DNA of 64,000 nucleotides. It comes from Eledone cirrhosa (lineage: Eukaryota). The DNA is taken from assembly GCA_964016885.1 (NCBI GenBank), contig OZ024743.1, positions 341,744,001 through 341,808,000 of the forward strand. Direction: 5' to 3'. Positions 1 to 11,425 of this stretch are shown in pieces (position 1 is the first letter of the stretch; the number at the start of each line of letters is the position of its first letter). The position numbers and the translations under genes are program-made. Under the pieces are notes generated by a model. That model had not been told where the DNA came from. It searched no databases and was given only the letters and a program-made list of their open reading frames with translations.

Positions 1-536
1 TAGGGTGTCCGTGGGTCTAGTGGTTCCGACGCGGTCGGCGACCCCGAGGCTGGAGGTAATTTGTTGCCATCTCGATTTATGTCCTCGATGCATGAGTGGT
101 TAGCCTTTTTATAGGTGGAGTTTAGGCTGCTCCTGATCAGTGTGTGGTATCTGTCGGGGTTGACAAAGTAGAGGTTACTAGTTTTATCCGAGTGCACCAT
201 GATGTCGTTGGTGTTATCGTACTCTGTTAAGTTGCTACAGAGTTTTTGTAGGAATCGGTTGTGTCTGGGTTTGAATTTAATGTTCTTGACCAGTTGGAAA
301 AGGTCATTCTCGAAGGGTGAGAGAATAGGGTTCGGAGGGGGTGATTTGTAGGTAATAAATCCGAATCTCTCCTTGATACCGAAGTCCTGATTCTCGCAAT
401 ATCTGTCGTAGAAAAAAGTTCTCCATCTACGTCTTTTCGCAAATGGATCGATTTTTTGCGTGAGCATCCGAAGGTAAAGTTTTTTCGGTGGGACTGGGAT
501 TTTCTTGGTAGAGAAGTCGGTGTTGTGTTTTCGCAT
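1..536 (-). CDS. N-terminus of PLE reverse transcriptase/GIY-YIG polyprotein (runs off the window edge; probably frameshifted near the edge)
   Basis: Manual translation from ATG 536 has no stop to position 1: MRKHNTDFSTKKIPVPPKKLYLRMLTQKIDPFAKRRRWRTFF...FGF...PFENDLFQLVKNIKFK...IMVHSDKTSNLY. The DKT motif replaces the PLE DKG motif. Homologous to FENDL..VKNI and VHADKTNNIY at ~62385-62540. Confidence 0.8.
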   Translation of the reverse strand, partial: MRKHNTDFSTKKIPVPPKKLYLRMLTQKIDPFAKRRRWRTFFYDRYCENQDFGIKERFGFITYKSPPPNPILSPFENDLFQLVKNIKFKPRHNRFLQKLCSNLTEYDNTNDIMVHSDKTSNLYFVNPDRYHTLIRSSLNSTYKKANHSCIEDINRDGNKLPPASGSPTASEPLDPRTP

Positions 537-721
537 GGTGCGGGTGAAAGTACTTGAGCTTAGCGGAAAAGTCTGGATACGGCGTGATAGGGTCGGAAAG
601 TGCTCTACTACGGGAATAGGAGCTGGATAACAAAGGAAATGTGGTAAGGAACCAGGTGGACCATAACACACCAAAGTACTCAATACTTAGGGTAGTAGAG
701 TGGGTAATAGAAACGAGTAGG

Positions 722-817
722 ACCCCGACGGCTGAGCTCAAGCCGTTTCGACTGCTAATTCTGGACTAAATGAAAATGTTTATCCTGGTATTTGAAATGC
801 CGAGCTTCTCAGGGGGT
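722..817 (-). ncRNA. Hammerhead-like motif with long stem II in the PLE pseudo-LTR
   Basis: ACCCC-CTGAGAA...GTC-GAAA-CGGC(TTGAGCTCA)GCCG-TC-GGGGT. Stems I and III pair; the first core box is non-canonical. Confidence 0.5.
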
Positions 818-1555
818 AATTCCATATATGGTAAAAGTGATTGTCACAAGGATTGGTCAAAAGTTTGTTGTTGAGACATAATAATTCTATCAAAGCAATT
901 TGTGGAGGGAAGGCGTAGCTGAACCTGCCAGTAGAAGAAAAAGGGAGAGGGGGTGGAGGAAACCCAGTCGTGGTTGATAGTGCCAACCACGGCTGGGCAG
1001 GAGGTCAAAGAAGATACTAGGGAGGGGAGGGGGAGGAAGTCGAAACAATAAGTAAAACAATATGGGGTAAATATATAGAAAAATACCGGGAGTGTTAAAA
1101 AACAATTAAGTGTAAAGTAAAAAACAATTTCTGGTTACTATAACCTAAGGACAGCTATCAAGTCTCTCACTGGTACTGCTAGACTAATGAAAGGTTTACT
1201 AGGTGGGGCGGAATTATAATGAGACCCTTTTAAGAGGTATAAGTAAGCAACCGAATATATCTTACGGTGACGGGTCAACAAGTGGGGGGTCAAAATACTA
1301 AAGAAACTACCACGAAATAATAAATCAGAGTCCGAGACCAGTAGGAAATAAAAGTTTCTACCCCAGGCACAAGGCCTGCAACCACCCAGTGCCAACAAAA
1401 TATAAACTAATACGAAATAATAATTCAGAATCCCGAAAAACAATACTAATACTATCTCTAAGGGTGCCGCCACGCTACAAAAATTCTAGTGCAAACTACA
1501 TAAATGCTCGTACGAAGTATATGTACAATTTGGTACGGAAAATTAATTCAGAATC

Positions 1556-2350
1556 AATACCCAGGAAGTGATGTCATGGTTCAGCAATATGGAGGAAAAA
1601 CGAGACAGTAAATTCATCCAGTTTGGCGGAACCAGCAGGCGACACCGCCACTCACGCAACGTAACATGGTTCAATCCTCCCCACAATGCCGACGTGACAA
1701 CTCCTGTCGGGAAAATCTTCTTTAGGCTCATTGAAAAACACATCCCACTACAACACCGCTACCACAACATGATTAACAAAAATACCATCAAACTCTCCTA
1801 CAGCGCACCACACCAAACTTTGCACAAAACATCTTCTCCTCTAATAACAAAAAACTCAACCCCCATGGAAGAAATAACCGAAATAGCAGTGGAGAGCCGA
1901 CTAGGAGGGCAACTGTCCTGATGGATCCCTTTGCCCCTCGACAACAGATGCAGAGATCGTAATGTGATCTAGCAGTGCAACGTGAGGACGGACACCTCCA
2001 ACAAAGCCTATATAGCATTAACCGCATGTGACTTCAAGACCCGGCTATACCAACACAGACATACCTTCCGAAACCCGACCCGGCGTCAGTCACGCCACTA
2101 CACTTTCGGCCACATATGGGACCTCAAGGATAACAATATTACCTATGATCTCACTTGGAGCTTCCTGTCCAGAGCCAACTCTTGCACGGGAGGACGCCGT
2201 CCGTGCAATTTATGCTCGGAGGAAACTTTACAAATGCTGTTCTCGACGGACCAACTACTAAACAAGAAAGATGAACTGGTAACTGCATGTAAACACCGAT
2301 TGCATAGGACTTACCTTGCCTCAAAGCCCATAATGACCCGGGAGGGGTAG
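1556..2350 (+). pseudogene. Disrupted PLE ORF: RT start fused by deletion to the WFNPP linker and GIY-YIG endonuclease
   Basis: VMSWF..KFIQF, then RNVTWFNPP, LIEKHIP, NTIKLSYS, NVI*QC..KAYIALT..FKTRLYQH, HIWDLKD, CNLCSEE, CKH. Contains frameshifts and a stop codon. Confidence 0.85.
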
Positions 2351-2379
2351 ACTAGGGCTATAACACCCCACTTGCCGAT
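2333..2379 (+). promoter_or_regulatory. SECIS-like stem-loop (degenerate) at the end of the PLE ORF
   Basis: ATGAC-CCGGGAGGGGT-AGA-CTAGGGCTATAAC-ACCCCACTTGC-CGAT: AUGA/GA quartet, 11-bp helix with 9/11 paired, apical AGA instead of AAA. Confidence 0.5.
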
Positions 2380-3323
2380 TTTGTATCGGGTAATCCCTGC
2401 TTGCAAGGTAGACCTAATATCTTCTTCTATATCTTTTTATCACTTCCTCTATATTTCATTCCCCATCCCTCCCTAGTCCTTCCACCCCAGTCCTCTTTCT
2501 TTGTCTTCGTCCTTTTACTTTCTCGCCCACCCGAGGCAGCCCCTCGGTCCCTTGTAACCTCAGTACCCCCACCCCCTTCCCCTAATCTATGATAGATTTG
2601 GCCGACTCCGCTTTTTATAGCAGATGTGTTAGACCCCGGATACTAGCCTTCTTATCGATGGCCGCACCTTTCCCGTGCTTTCTATATTTTTTAGTGGTAT
2701 CTTTGCTTTAATTTCTCGTATATCAGTATTTTCTTGGGGGGGGGGGGGGATTCTGAATTAATTTTCCGTATCAAATTTGACATATACTTCGTACGAGCAT
2801 TTATGTAGTTTGCACTAGAATTTTTGTAGCGTGGCGGCACCCTTTGAGATAGTAATAGTATTCTTTTGACCCGTCACCGTAAGATATATTCGGTTGTTTA
2901 CTTATACCTCTTAAAAGGGTCTCATTATAATTCCGTCCCACCTAGTAAACCTTTCATTAGTCTAGCAGTACCAGTTAGAGACTTGATAGCTGTCCTTAGG
3001 TTATAGTAACCAGAAATTGTTTTTTACTTTACACTTAATTGTTTTTTAACACTCCCGGTATTTTTCTATATATTTACCCCATATTGTTTTACTTATTGTT
3101 TCGACTTCTCCCCCCCCCCCCTAGTATCTTCTTTGACCTCCTGTCCAGCCATGGTTGGCACTATCAACCACGACTGGGTTTCCTCCACCCCCTCTCCCTC
3201 TTTTTTCTACTGGCAGGTTTAGCTACCCCTTCCCTTCACAAATTGCCATGATAGAATTATTATGTCTCAACAACAAACTTTTGAAAAATCCTTGTGACAA
3301 TCACTTTTACCATATATGGAATT

Positions 3324-3420
3324 ACCCCCTGAGAAGCTCGACATTTCAAATACCAGTATTAAAAATGTTCATTTAGTCCAGAATTAGCCGTCGAAACGGC
3401 TTGAGCTCAGCCGTCGGGGT
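3324..3420 (+). ncRNA. Hammerhead-like motif with long stem II (second copy)
   Basis: Same motif as 722-817. The element ends ~12 nt downstream in (TA)n. Confidence 0.5.
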
Positions 3421-3448
3421 CCTACTCGTTCCTATATATATATATATA

Positions 3449-3807
3449 TATAAAGAAAAAGAGATGAAATCGAAAATGCAACTGAAGTCTTATTTTCTTT
3501 TTAAATATATATATTTAGTTGGTTCCTTTACCGGTTTCGCAGTTCTTCTGCTTTTCAAAAGGTGAGTTGAGATGGAGGGTCTGTGGTTTTTCTCACATGT
3601 GAGAAAAACCACAGACCCTCCATCTCAACTCACCTTTTGAAAAGCAGAAGAACTGCGAAACCGGTAAAGGAACCAAATAAATATATATATTTTTTAAAAG
3701 AATAAGACTTCAGTTGCATTTTCGATTTCATCTCTTTTTCTTTATACTTTCACTCGTGTAGGACACCTCGGTTATTTTTCATTTTGTAAAAAAAACCTCA
3801 CTTTCTA

Positions 3808-3810
<3 letters not shown>
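3449..3810. mobile_element. Solo PLE pseudo-LTR, inverted plus direct (palindrome 3449-3746 centred at 3597/3598)
   Basis: Near-perfect ~150-bp arms. Sequence matches the 7293-7500 end of the Neptune-like PLE. Flanked by (TA)n. Confidence 0.85.
3633..3670 (+). ncRNA. Minimal type I hammerhead ribozyme, U3-A8 core variant (mirror copy 3525-3562 on minus)
   Basis: CCTT-TTGAAAA-GCAG(AAGAA)CTGC-GAAA-CCGG-TA-AAGG. Stem I CCTT/AAGG, palindromic stem III ACCGGT, GUA cleavage triplet. Confidence 0.75.
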
Positions 3811-3834
<24 letters not shown>

Positions 3835-3838
<4 letters not shown>

Positions 3839-5846
3839 TTACAATAATCAAAGTTCAGTTTAAGTCATTTATTTGCTTACAATTGTTTCCTCCAAACCGA
3901 GGTTTGGATTCTTCGGAGCAACTATTTACTGATCTATAACATACTTAACCTCCTTTTCAACCCAAGAGACACATAAAACATATGCGCATACGATCAGTTC
4001 AATGAATTATGCACAGGAGATGCATGAGTTAGGAGCCTCTGTGTTGCCTGGTGACCTGACCGGCACCTTTTGACGAGAGAACCGGCCACCGGACCACCCT
4101 GGTGAATTTATTGGGTATGCAGTCATACTACGACCTGAATCTCGCCGGGAGTCATGTATGATAATAAGACCATTACTGATAGTGAGACCCATGTAATTAA
4201 TTATGTAGTCTGACTCTTCTTATGGATTGGCCGGGTGTGGCACCCCATGTTGATTGTAGTCATCATGATACGAACTCCTTTAGTACTTGTTACTGGACTC
4301 CACTCTAGCTTGTAGATGGTGGGATACCTGATCTATATGTGGGATGTGAGTTTATGTATTACTTGGTGGCCCGACAGGTGCCCTGGTATGAGAGATTTAA
4401 TCTCCAGATTGTAATCATCTTGATGTGAACTCCTTTAGTACCTATTAATAGACTCCACTCTAACTTGTAGATGTGATACTTAATTGATTTATATATGAGA
4501 TGGGGGTTGTCTATTGCTTGATGACCAGACTAGTGCCTTTATATGTGAAATTGGATCTCCGGACCATACCGAAGATTTACTGGAGATTCAGACATGCAAT
4601 GACCCGAAGCCTACCGGGGGGCATATATAATAGTGGGACCATACCAAGTCCTACTGTTATATTACATTTGCATGGAACAGTGACTTGAGAGTCTGACTCC
4701 TCTTATAGAATGTTCAGATATGACACCCCTTAATGTATGGTAATCATCCTAATATATACACCCTTGTACTTCTTAATGGACAACTCTCTAACCTATACTT
4801 GGGAAACATACTCTAGAAATTAGTTATAACTTCATATGATAGGCACGTATTTGAATCACCATTAATGTAGTTTAGGATAGTAATTTAACTAGGATAACTA
4901 GCTAGTTACCTCCCCTTACGCATTAATTCCCCTTAGTCATTCAGACACTTCCGGAATCTGGACAGCATGATCTATTAATTAAGAACCGACTGGATACGGT
5001 TTATAACTTGATTATATGCTGAACCATCGTGAATCATACGATAGACACGTGTTCTATATATTGCGTCTCATGGATTATGTGAGTGGTGGTGTGAGCGAAG
5101 ACAGTGGTACGGCTTTGCCTACGATACAATAAGGTTTATAGTATGTTGAAAGTTTGTGATATTTTGGTGTTTCCCTGCATCCGAGACTGTATATCATACA
5201 GATGTATGAGAATAAATGACTTAATAATTCAGCCCACATAATAAGATCGATTGCCTGCTTCAACTGCCTGACCCTGCAAATATCATTCTGACGCACTCTA
5301 ATCATGTATAAATAAGACACGCGTGCATGCTACACGTGAGATTGTTTCATACACTGACTACTCTAAGCTTTCCTCTTGCTTTATCTTCATAGACTGCCAA
5401 CGCTTCATGTTTATCTTTATTTTCATTCTTGCTTTTATTTTTATTTTTATTTTTATCCTGTAACCTTTACATGTAAATTGCCATGCTATATCATTTGATG
5501 AATGTCACCCCACTGTTGATCAATATGCGCATATGTTTTATGTGTCTCTTGGGTTGAAAAGGAGGTCAAGTATGTTATAGATCAGTAAATAGTTGCCCCG
5601 AAGAATCCAAACCTCGGTTTGGAGGAAACAATTGTAAGCAAATAAATGACTTAAACTGAACTTTGATTATTGTAATCTCTATATAACTGCTCTGTAAAAC
5701 AACTGATGTTATTACATTGAGCTATTTATCTTACTGGTAATAGGATAGTAATTAATGACTATCTTTCACTATTTAGGGTTTGTATATATAATATATTAAC
5801 ATTAAAGGTTTTATTACATACATAACCATAAATAGTACCCGTAATA

Positions 5847-5850
<4 letters not shown>
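3835..5850 (+). mobile_element. Non-autonomous PLE-related element with inverted 5' pseudo-LTR (3835-3990) and direct pseudo-LTR (5523-5680+); interior of degenerate ~180-bp repeats with no RT or EN
   Basis: 3835-3990 is the reverse complement of 5523-5680, and both carry an HHR. The pseudo-LTR is homologous to 62060-62210. Confidence 0.7.
3873..3921 (-). ncRNA. Minimal type I hammerhead, U4C core variant (second copy 5593-5641 on plus)
   Basis: TTGCT-CCGAAGA-A-TCCAAAC(CTCG)GTTTGGA-G-GAAA-CAATTG-TA-AGCAA. Confidence 0.7.
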
Positions 5851-5911
<61 letters not shown>

Positions 5912-6235
5912 TGTGCTATGATTTACTAAGTGACTTCTATCGGCATGTTTAATTAAATTCTGAGGACACCTACAGTCTATACTTACAAAAGACAAATTAT
6001 AAAATAAAATGTTTTACAAATATGTAGCATAACCTGTGTAGAAACAATTGTCAGTTTTTAAATGCCTGAAACTCTTAAATAATTTAGTTTGTAAAAAACT
6101 GTAAAGATATAACAGCGCTACATAAGCCTATCTTTTCATTGAGCTAAGAAATAACATCTAGTAAATGAGTAACATTTATTAATATTACTATCATATAGTA
6201 TAAATATACATATATATATATATATATTTATATAC

Positions 6236-6279
<44 letters not shown>

Positions 6280-6371
6280 AGATTCAAGTTACCTCTCTTT
6301 TCATCACAGGATTTTATCATTTAAAAATAGGTTTGTGCGCACATCAGCGTGTGTGTGATTTAGAATAAGCT

Positions 6372-6437
<66 letters not shown>

Positions 6438-6439
6438 TA

Positions 6440-7280
6440 TACACACATATATATATATATAGTGAAAAATGGAACAGGAACAAAACAGAGAGGCAGTACG
6501 AAGAAAAGTTTATTAGTTTCACCTTCTTGAGAGTGGGGTGGTGGGGGTGACGTTTTGAGCATAAGCCCTTCTTCAGGCGAAAAGTGTGTGGGAAGAGAGT
6601 TCTGAGGGTGTGTAGAGAGTGGATGAGAGGCATTTAGAAAAAAAGTGGGGAGTGGAAAGGGGGGAAAACAGTGGCAGGTGTACAAAAAATAAATAAATAA
6701 ATAAATAAACATGAAGATAAACAAGTGGTGGAAGGGTGTTGTGCGTGATGGGGTGGTGGCTGGTGGAGCGGGGAGAGGGAGGCGGGGTGTCAGAGCGGGG
6801 AGGGCTGAGGTGGTGTATGTGTGTGTGGGTGTGTGTATGTGAATGAGAGAGTTGGGGGAAGAACGAGGTTCCATGTTCAGGAAAAGGAGTGTGTGTGGGG
6901 TAGGGTGTAGGTCGGTGTGTGTGTGCGCGTGTGGAGGGGGAGGGGTCATAGGGTGGGGAGAGGGGAGATAGGATTCCGGAGCCTGAGTGTGTATATATGT
7001 GGGGGTACGCACGTGTGTGTGGTGTTTATACCTATTGTGGATGTAGGTGGCGTGGTTCGAAAAAAGATGTTTGTGAGTGTATGTCCGTGGGTAAATTCCT
7101 AAGGTAGTTCCGTAGAGGGTGTGGTGCGTTGCCGGATATTTTCTATGTGATGGAGTTGATAGTGGGAACGATGGCCAATGGCGTGTAATCCGTGATTATG
7201 TTGGTCGGAAGCGGGGAGATGTGGGGTGCCCGCGCAACAGGAAGTGGTCAGAGGGTTAAGGCAGGAGGAGGGTAGAGGAT
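6440..7280 (-). mobile_element. PLE-like 3' region/pseudo-LTR with degenerate minimal HHR (6548-6576)
   Basis: Minus strand CTGAAGA-AGGGC(TTAT)GCTC-AAAA-CG-TC, with GAAA mutated. Bounded by (TA)n. No recognisable protein. Confidence 0.5.
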
Positions 7281-7292
7281 ATATATATATAT

Positions 7293-10200
7293 ATTAGAAA
7301 GTGAGGTTTTTTTTACAAAATGAAAAATAACCGAGGTGTCCTACACGACTGAAAGTATAAGGAATAAAGATGAAATCTAAAATGCAACTGGAGTCTTTTT
7401 TTTTAAATATATATTTATTTGGTTCCTTTACCGGTTTCGCTGTTCTTCTGCTTTTCAAAAGTAGGATTGAGATGGAGGGTTTGTGGTTTTTCTCACATCC
7501 GGTTTGTCTTTAAATGTTACTTCTGTTTTATTTGGAAAAAAGTGGCTCGAAATATCAGGTTTTCAGAGAAGTAATTTGGTTGGTTGGTGAATAAGTATAA
7601 TAAATTTCGGGGCAGTTCGCGTTACAAAGTTCTTGTTATATTTGCGTTCAAACAAAAGGGGGGAGGTCTCAGGTTGTTTTTTCATATATGAGTGAAGTTT
7701 GGTTAGTTGATGCAGTCACGTGAATAAGCACATCAGCTTTCGCGCCAGTTTGTGTTTGAATTTCTTTTTACTTAAAAAAAGATGGCTCACGAAGGCTTTT
7801 TTTAAATAAATGTAATTTGATTGGTTATAAATGAAATTGTGACTGTCACATTAAATTTCCCGACCGTATTTTGGAATTTGTTATAGCCATTTAGAGAATT
7901 TTGTGCCAAACAAAAGATAATGGTCAAGAAAAAGGGATGGAGAGAGTCGTTCTGAGTATGGCTGATGTACTGAAATGTAATTTGATTGGTTATAAATGAA
8001 ATTATGATTGTCACGTGAACAAGTACATTAAATTTCGCGGCCGTATTTGGGAATTTATTTTGTGGGCTTTTAGAGAATTTTCGTGCCAAGCAAAAGATAA
8101 TGGTCAAGAAAAATGGGATGGGGAGAATTGTTCTGGTTCAGTGAATATTGCTGGTGCGACAGAATGTCAGAATTCAGACTTTCTACTGAAATAAAGAAAC
8201 TAGAGATATGTACGTTTATTTGTGCGCTCGTGTGTGTTGTGTGTGTGTGTGTGGGGGGGGGGGTGTATGTGTGTATGTGTATGAAGATGATTCTATTAGT
8301 AGAAATGGGGGAGAGAGTTATGTGTGTTTGTATGGGTGTTATGTGTGTATGTGTGTGAGGGAGTATGATTAGTATGTTAAGATGGAGAGAATATATATTT
8401 CGTGTGAGTGTGTGTAGGAAATTATTCTATTAGTAGAAATGGGGGAGGGAGTTGCGTGTTTGTATGGGTGTTATATGTGTGTGATTGGGTGTTATGTGTG
8501 TGTATATGTGTGTGTGGGAGTATGGTTAGCATGTTAAGATGTAGAGAATATATATATATATTTTTTTGTGTGTGTGTGTGTAGAAAAACGATTCCGTTAC
8601 TAGAAATGGGGAAGGGAGTTATGTGTGTGTGGAGGGTGTGGTTAGCATGTTAAACGATTAGAGTATTAACGTATATTAAGGTTTATTTAAAGTAAAAGGT
8701 GTTATCTGTGTATCTGTATGCATGTGATTGTTTGGATGGTTAGCATGTTATGGTGTTGACATAATGTATATTAAACTATATTTAACGTTGGTCTATATTT
8801 TTGAATAAACATATTTTCGTTATTTATTCGTATTTGTTCTGTTGTATTGTCAGCGCAAATATAAAATGGGAAGACTTGGAATTTGAGTGTCTTTTACTTG
8901 CGCATATGTCTAGATGTGCACTTAGTGGTATCTGTCTCGTGGTTCGATCTCGTAATTGTTGACGATGAACTGTCATTCTGTTTCTGAGTGTCAGTTTAGT
9001 TTGTCCTATATACTCTTCATTGCATCCTTTATATTTAATAGCATAAAGTAGATTTTTTGATGAGCAAGTGAAGTGATTTTTTACAGCAAACTTTTGTCCT
9101 GATTGAAATGTATTGGTGTTGCCTTTAATGAGGTGAGTGCAGGTTCCAAAATTAGAGCGACCACATTTTTTGACAGTTGGTTGTGGGTTTGTGGTAGGTA
9201 ATTTGCCATTGGTGAGTAATGTTTTTAGTGATTCGGGTTGTCGTTTGCTGTTGATTATTTCGTGTGAGTCAAGGGCTTCTTTCATTCTTGGGTCTTGTTT
9301 CAATAGTGGAATGTTCTTGTGAATAGTGTTGTAAGCTTCCGCATTTCTTGGGTTTTGTGTTGAGATATATGATAGAATATTGGACGTAACTTGAATGTTT
9401 TCTGTTTTCGTAATTCATCAATTGCTTTAGTCCTTTCTATTCCATTATTTATTAGTAATGGTGGGTTTCGAGTAGAATTTCCTTTAATTCTTGAAGTCGT
9501 TTATTTCGCGTTTCATAATTGGAGACAATTGTGCAAATTCTTCTTACTAGGTTAAAAGGGATGTTCGTCTTCGTATGCTTTCGAGGGTTGGAGGTGAATA
9601 GCAGGTATTGTTTGGAATCTGTTGGTTTGTAGTGTATTTCAATTTCAATATCTCTGTCTTTTTTTATGATTAAGATGTCCAGAAATAGGAGTTGATCTTG
9701 GCTGTATTCCATTGTGAATTGGATGTGGTTATTGATGCCGTTAATTACATTTTTGAAATCATTTAGTTGGTCGAGTGTGTGAGACCAAAGTAGCGTTTCC
9801 AATTCTCTGATAAATATTTGTGGAAGTTCAATCCATATTTTGATTTGGACTGTTCATATACCTGGACTTCCCAGTATGCCATGACTAAGTCGGCATAAGT
9901 TGGAGCGGCGTTTGTACCCATCGCAGTCACCGATATTTGCTTTTAAGTACTGCCATTGAAATCAAAAAGTCGTTCTGTAAAATTAATCTTAATCCCTACG
10001 TGATGAAGCTTTTTTTCTATTCTGTCAGGTATCTCATTGGGATATTTCTCTAGCCAGAATGCTATTGATTCTAGTCCGTATTGGTATGGGATCGTTGTGT
10101 AGAGATTCACTACATCGAAAGACACAATAATAGTGTCGTTGTTGACATGTTTGGGGAGATGGTTTAAGAGACCAGATCGTCTCTTACAAGGTTTGGTTTG

Positions 10201-10745
10201 TGTTTGAGAATTGGTTTTACCAGTATGTCTATAAAGTTGCTTAGTCTGTGTGTTTCACATTGTGGGCCCGCTACAATTGGTTTTAATTTAAGGTCTGTGG
10301 GGTATTGTGTGTTCACACAGGTTGAGGTGGATTGTTTACAGGCATCGTTAATTACTTTACACTTGTGGATCATCGGAAGTCCTGAAAGGTTTTGTATTCA
10401 AAATGTGCTAGATAATCGCGTTCCTTTTTAGTTAAGTCTTCCTGGCATCGACAAATGAATGTGTTTAATGTGGTCATCGTTCTTGATTGCTGGTAGTTTA
10501 TTACACTTTCATAGTAGTTACTAATTTGTAAGAGAGAGAACATAGAATGTTTATATTGTTCAGCATCCATAATGACGACAGTACTTCCCTTGCCGCTTCC
10601 ATAATTATAATGTCCGTATTGTTTTTTAGTTCATGGATAATCTCCCATTCCCTTCGACTCGTGTTGGGTTTGGTCACATGGTCGAGTGCCTTGAATTTTT
10701 CTTCGTTGGAGTTGGCTCTTAACCGCAACAGTTCTATTTCTATTT
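7293..10745 (-). mobile_element. Decayed near-full-length PLE (Neptune-like): RT, Cys-rich linker, GIY-YIG, long 3' UTR, pseudo-LTR with HHR (7425-7462)
   Basis: Fragments LKPIVAGPQCETHRLSNFIDILVKP, SFDVVNLYTTIP, TAMGTNAAPTYADL, FLDILI..KPTDSKQYL, KKCGRSNFGTC, NLLYAIKYKGCNEEYIGQT. Many stops and frameshifts. Confidence 0.9.
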
Positions 10746-10884
10746 TAAACTTTTCTAAATATATAATATGACAATTCATTGAAACAGGTAACTGAATACA
10801 TAATTTACAAATAAAATTAGACATACTTTTGTGAAATATAATTATCGTGACTATGAATAACAAATTATATATATATATATATAC

Positions 10885-10933
<49 letters not shown>

Positions 10934-11345
10934 AGAAAGCATTAAATTATTTATATATGTATGTATGTTATGTGCTATATGGAAAAAAGACAGTATTTTA
11001 TGAAATTTGACATAATAGCTGATTGAATATAACCATCTAGGAAGAAGAGGAAGACACTTAATATTTTTTAGATTTGGTATAATATATTCAAGAAAATGTT
11101 CCACTAAATACCAATATCAGAAGAAATAAATATTGAAGATATCATGTATGATATTTATCATATATCTGATATATCATATATAAACATTGACTGCAATGTT
11201 ATTGGGAAATATCAAAGTGAATAGATTTTAATATAAACATTAGAAAAAGTATGAAGAGGAAATATGCATGCAGTTCATTTTTTATTTCTATCTAGTATAT
11301 TGGTTTATTTTTAAAGAAATTAATTGTAAGGAGACATAATAAATA

Positions 11346-11425
<80 letters not shown>

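Larger units (their letters stand above)
1..3432. mobile_element. Penelope-like retroelement (Naiad-like), head-to-head arrangement: minus-strand copy (pseudo-LTR ~1555-537 plus ORF start) and an inverted, internally deleted plus-strand copy (~1556-3432)
   Basis: ~715-1555 is an inverted repeat of ~2750-3432. PLE protein motifs lie on both arms. The right end abuts (TA)n. Confidence 0.88.

Noticed and set aside
6344-7012. 222-aa Pro/His/Thr-rich ORF
   Set aside because: Low-complexity C/A-rich UTR-like strand running into a microsatellite; no domain.
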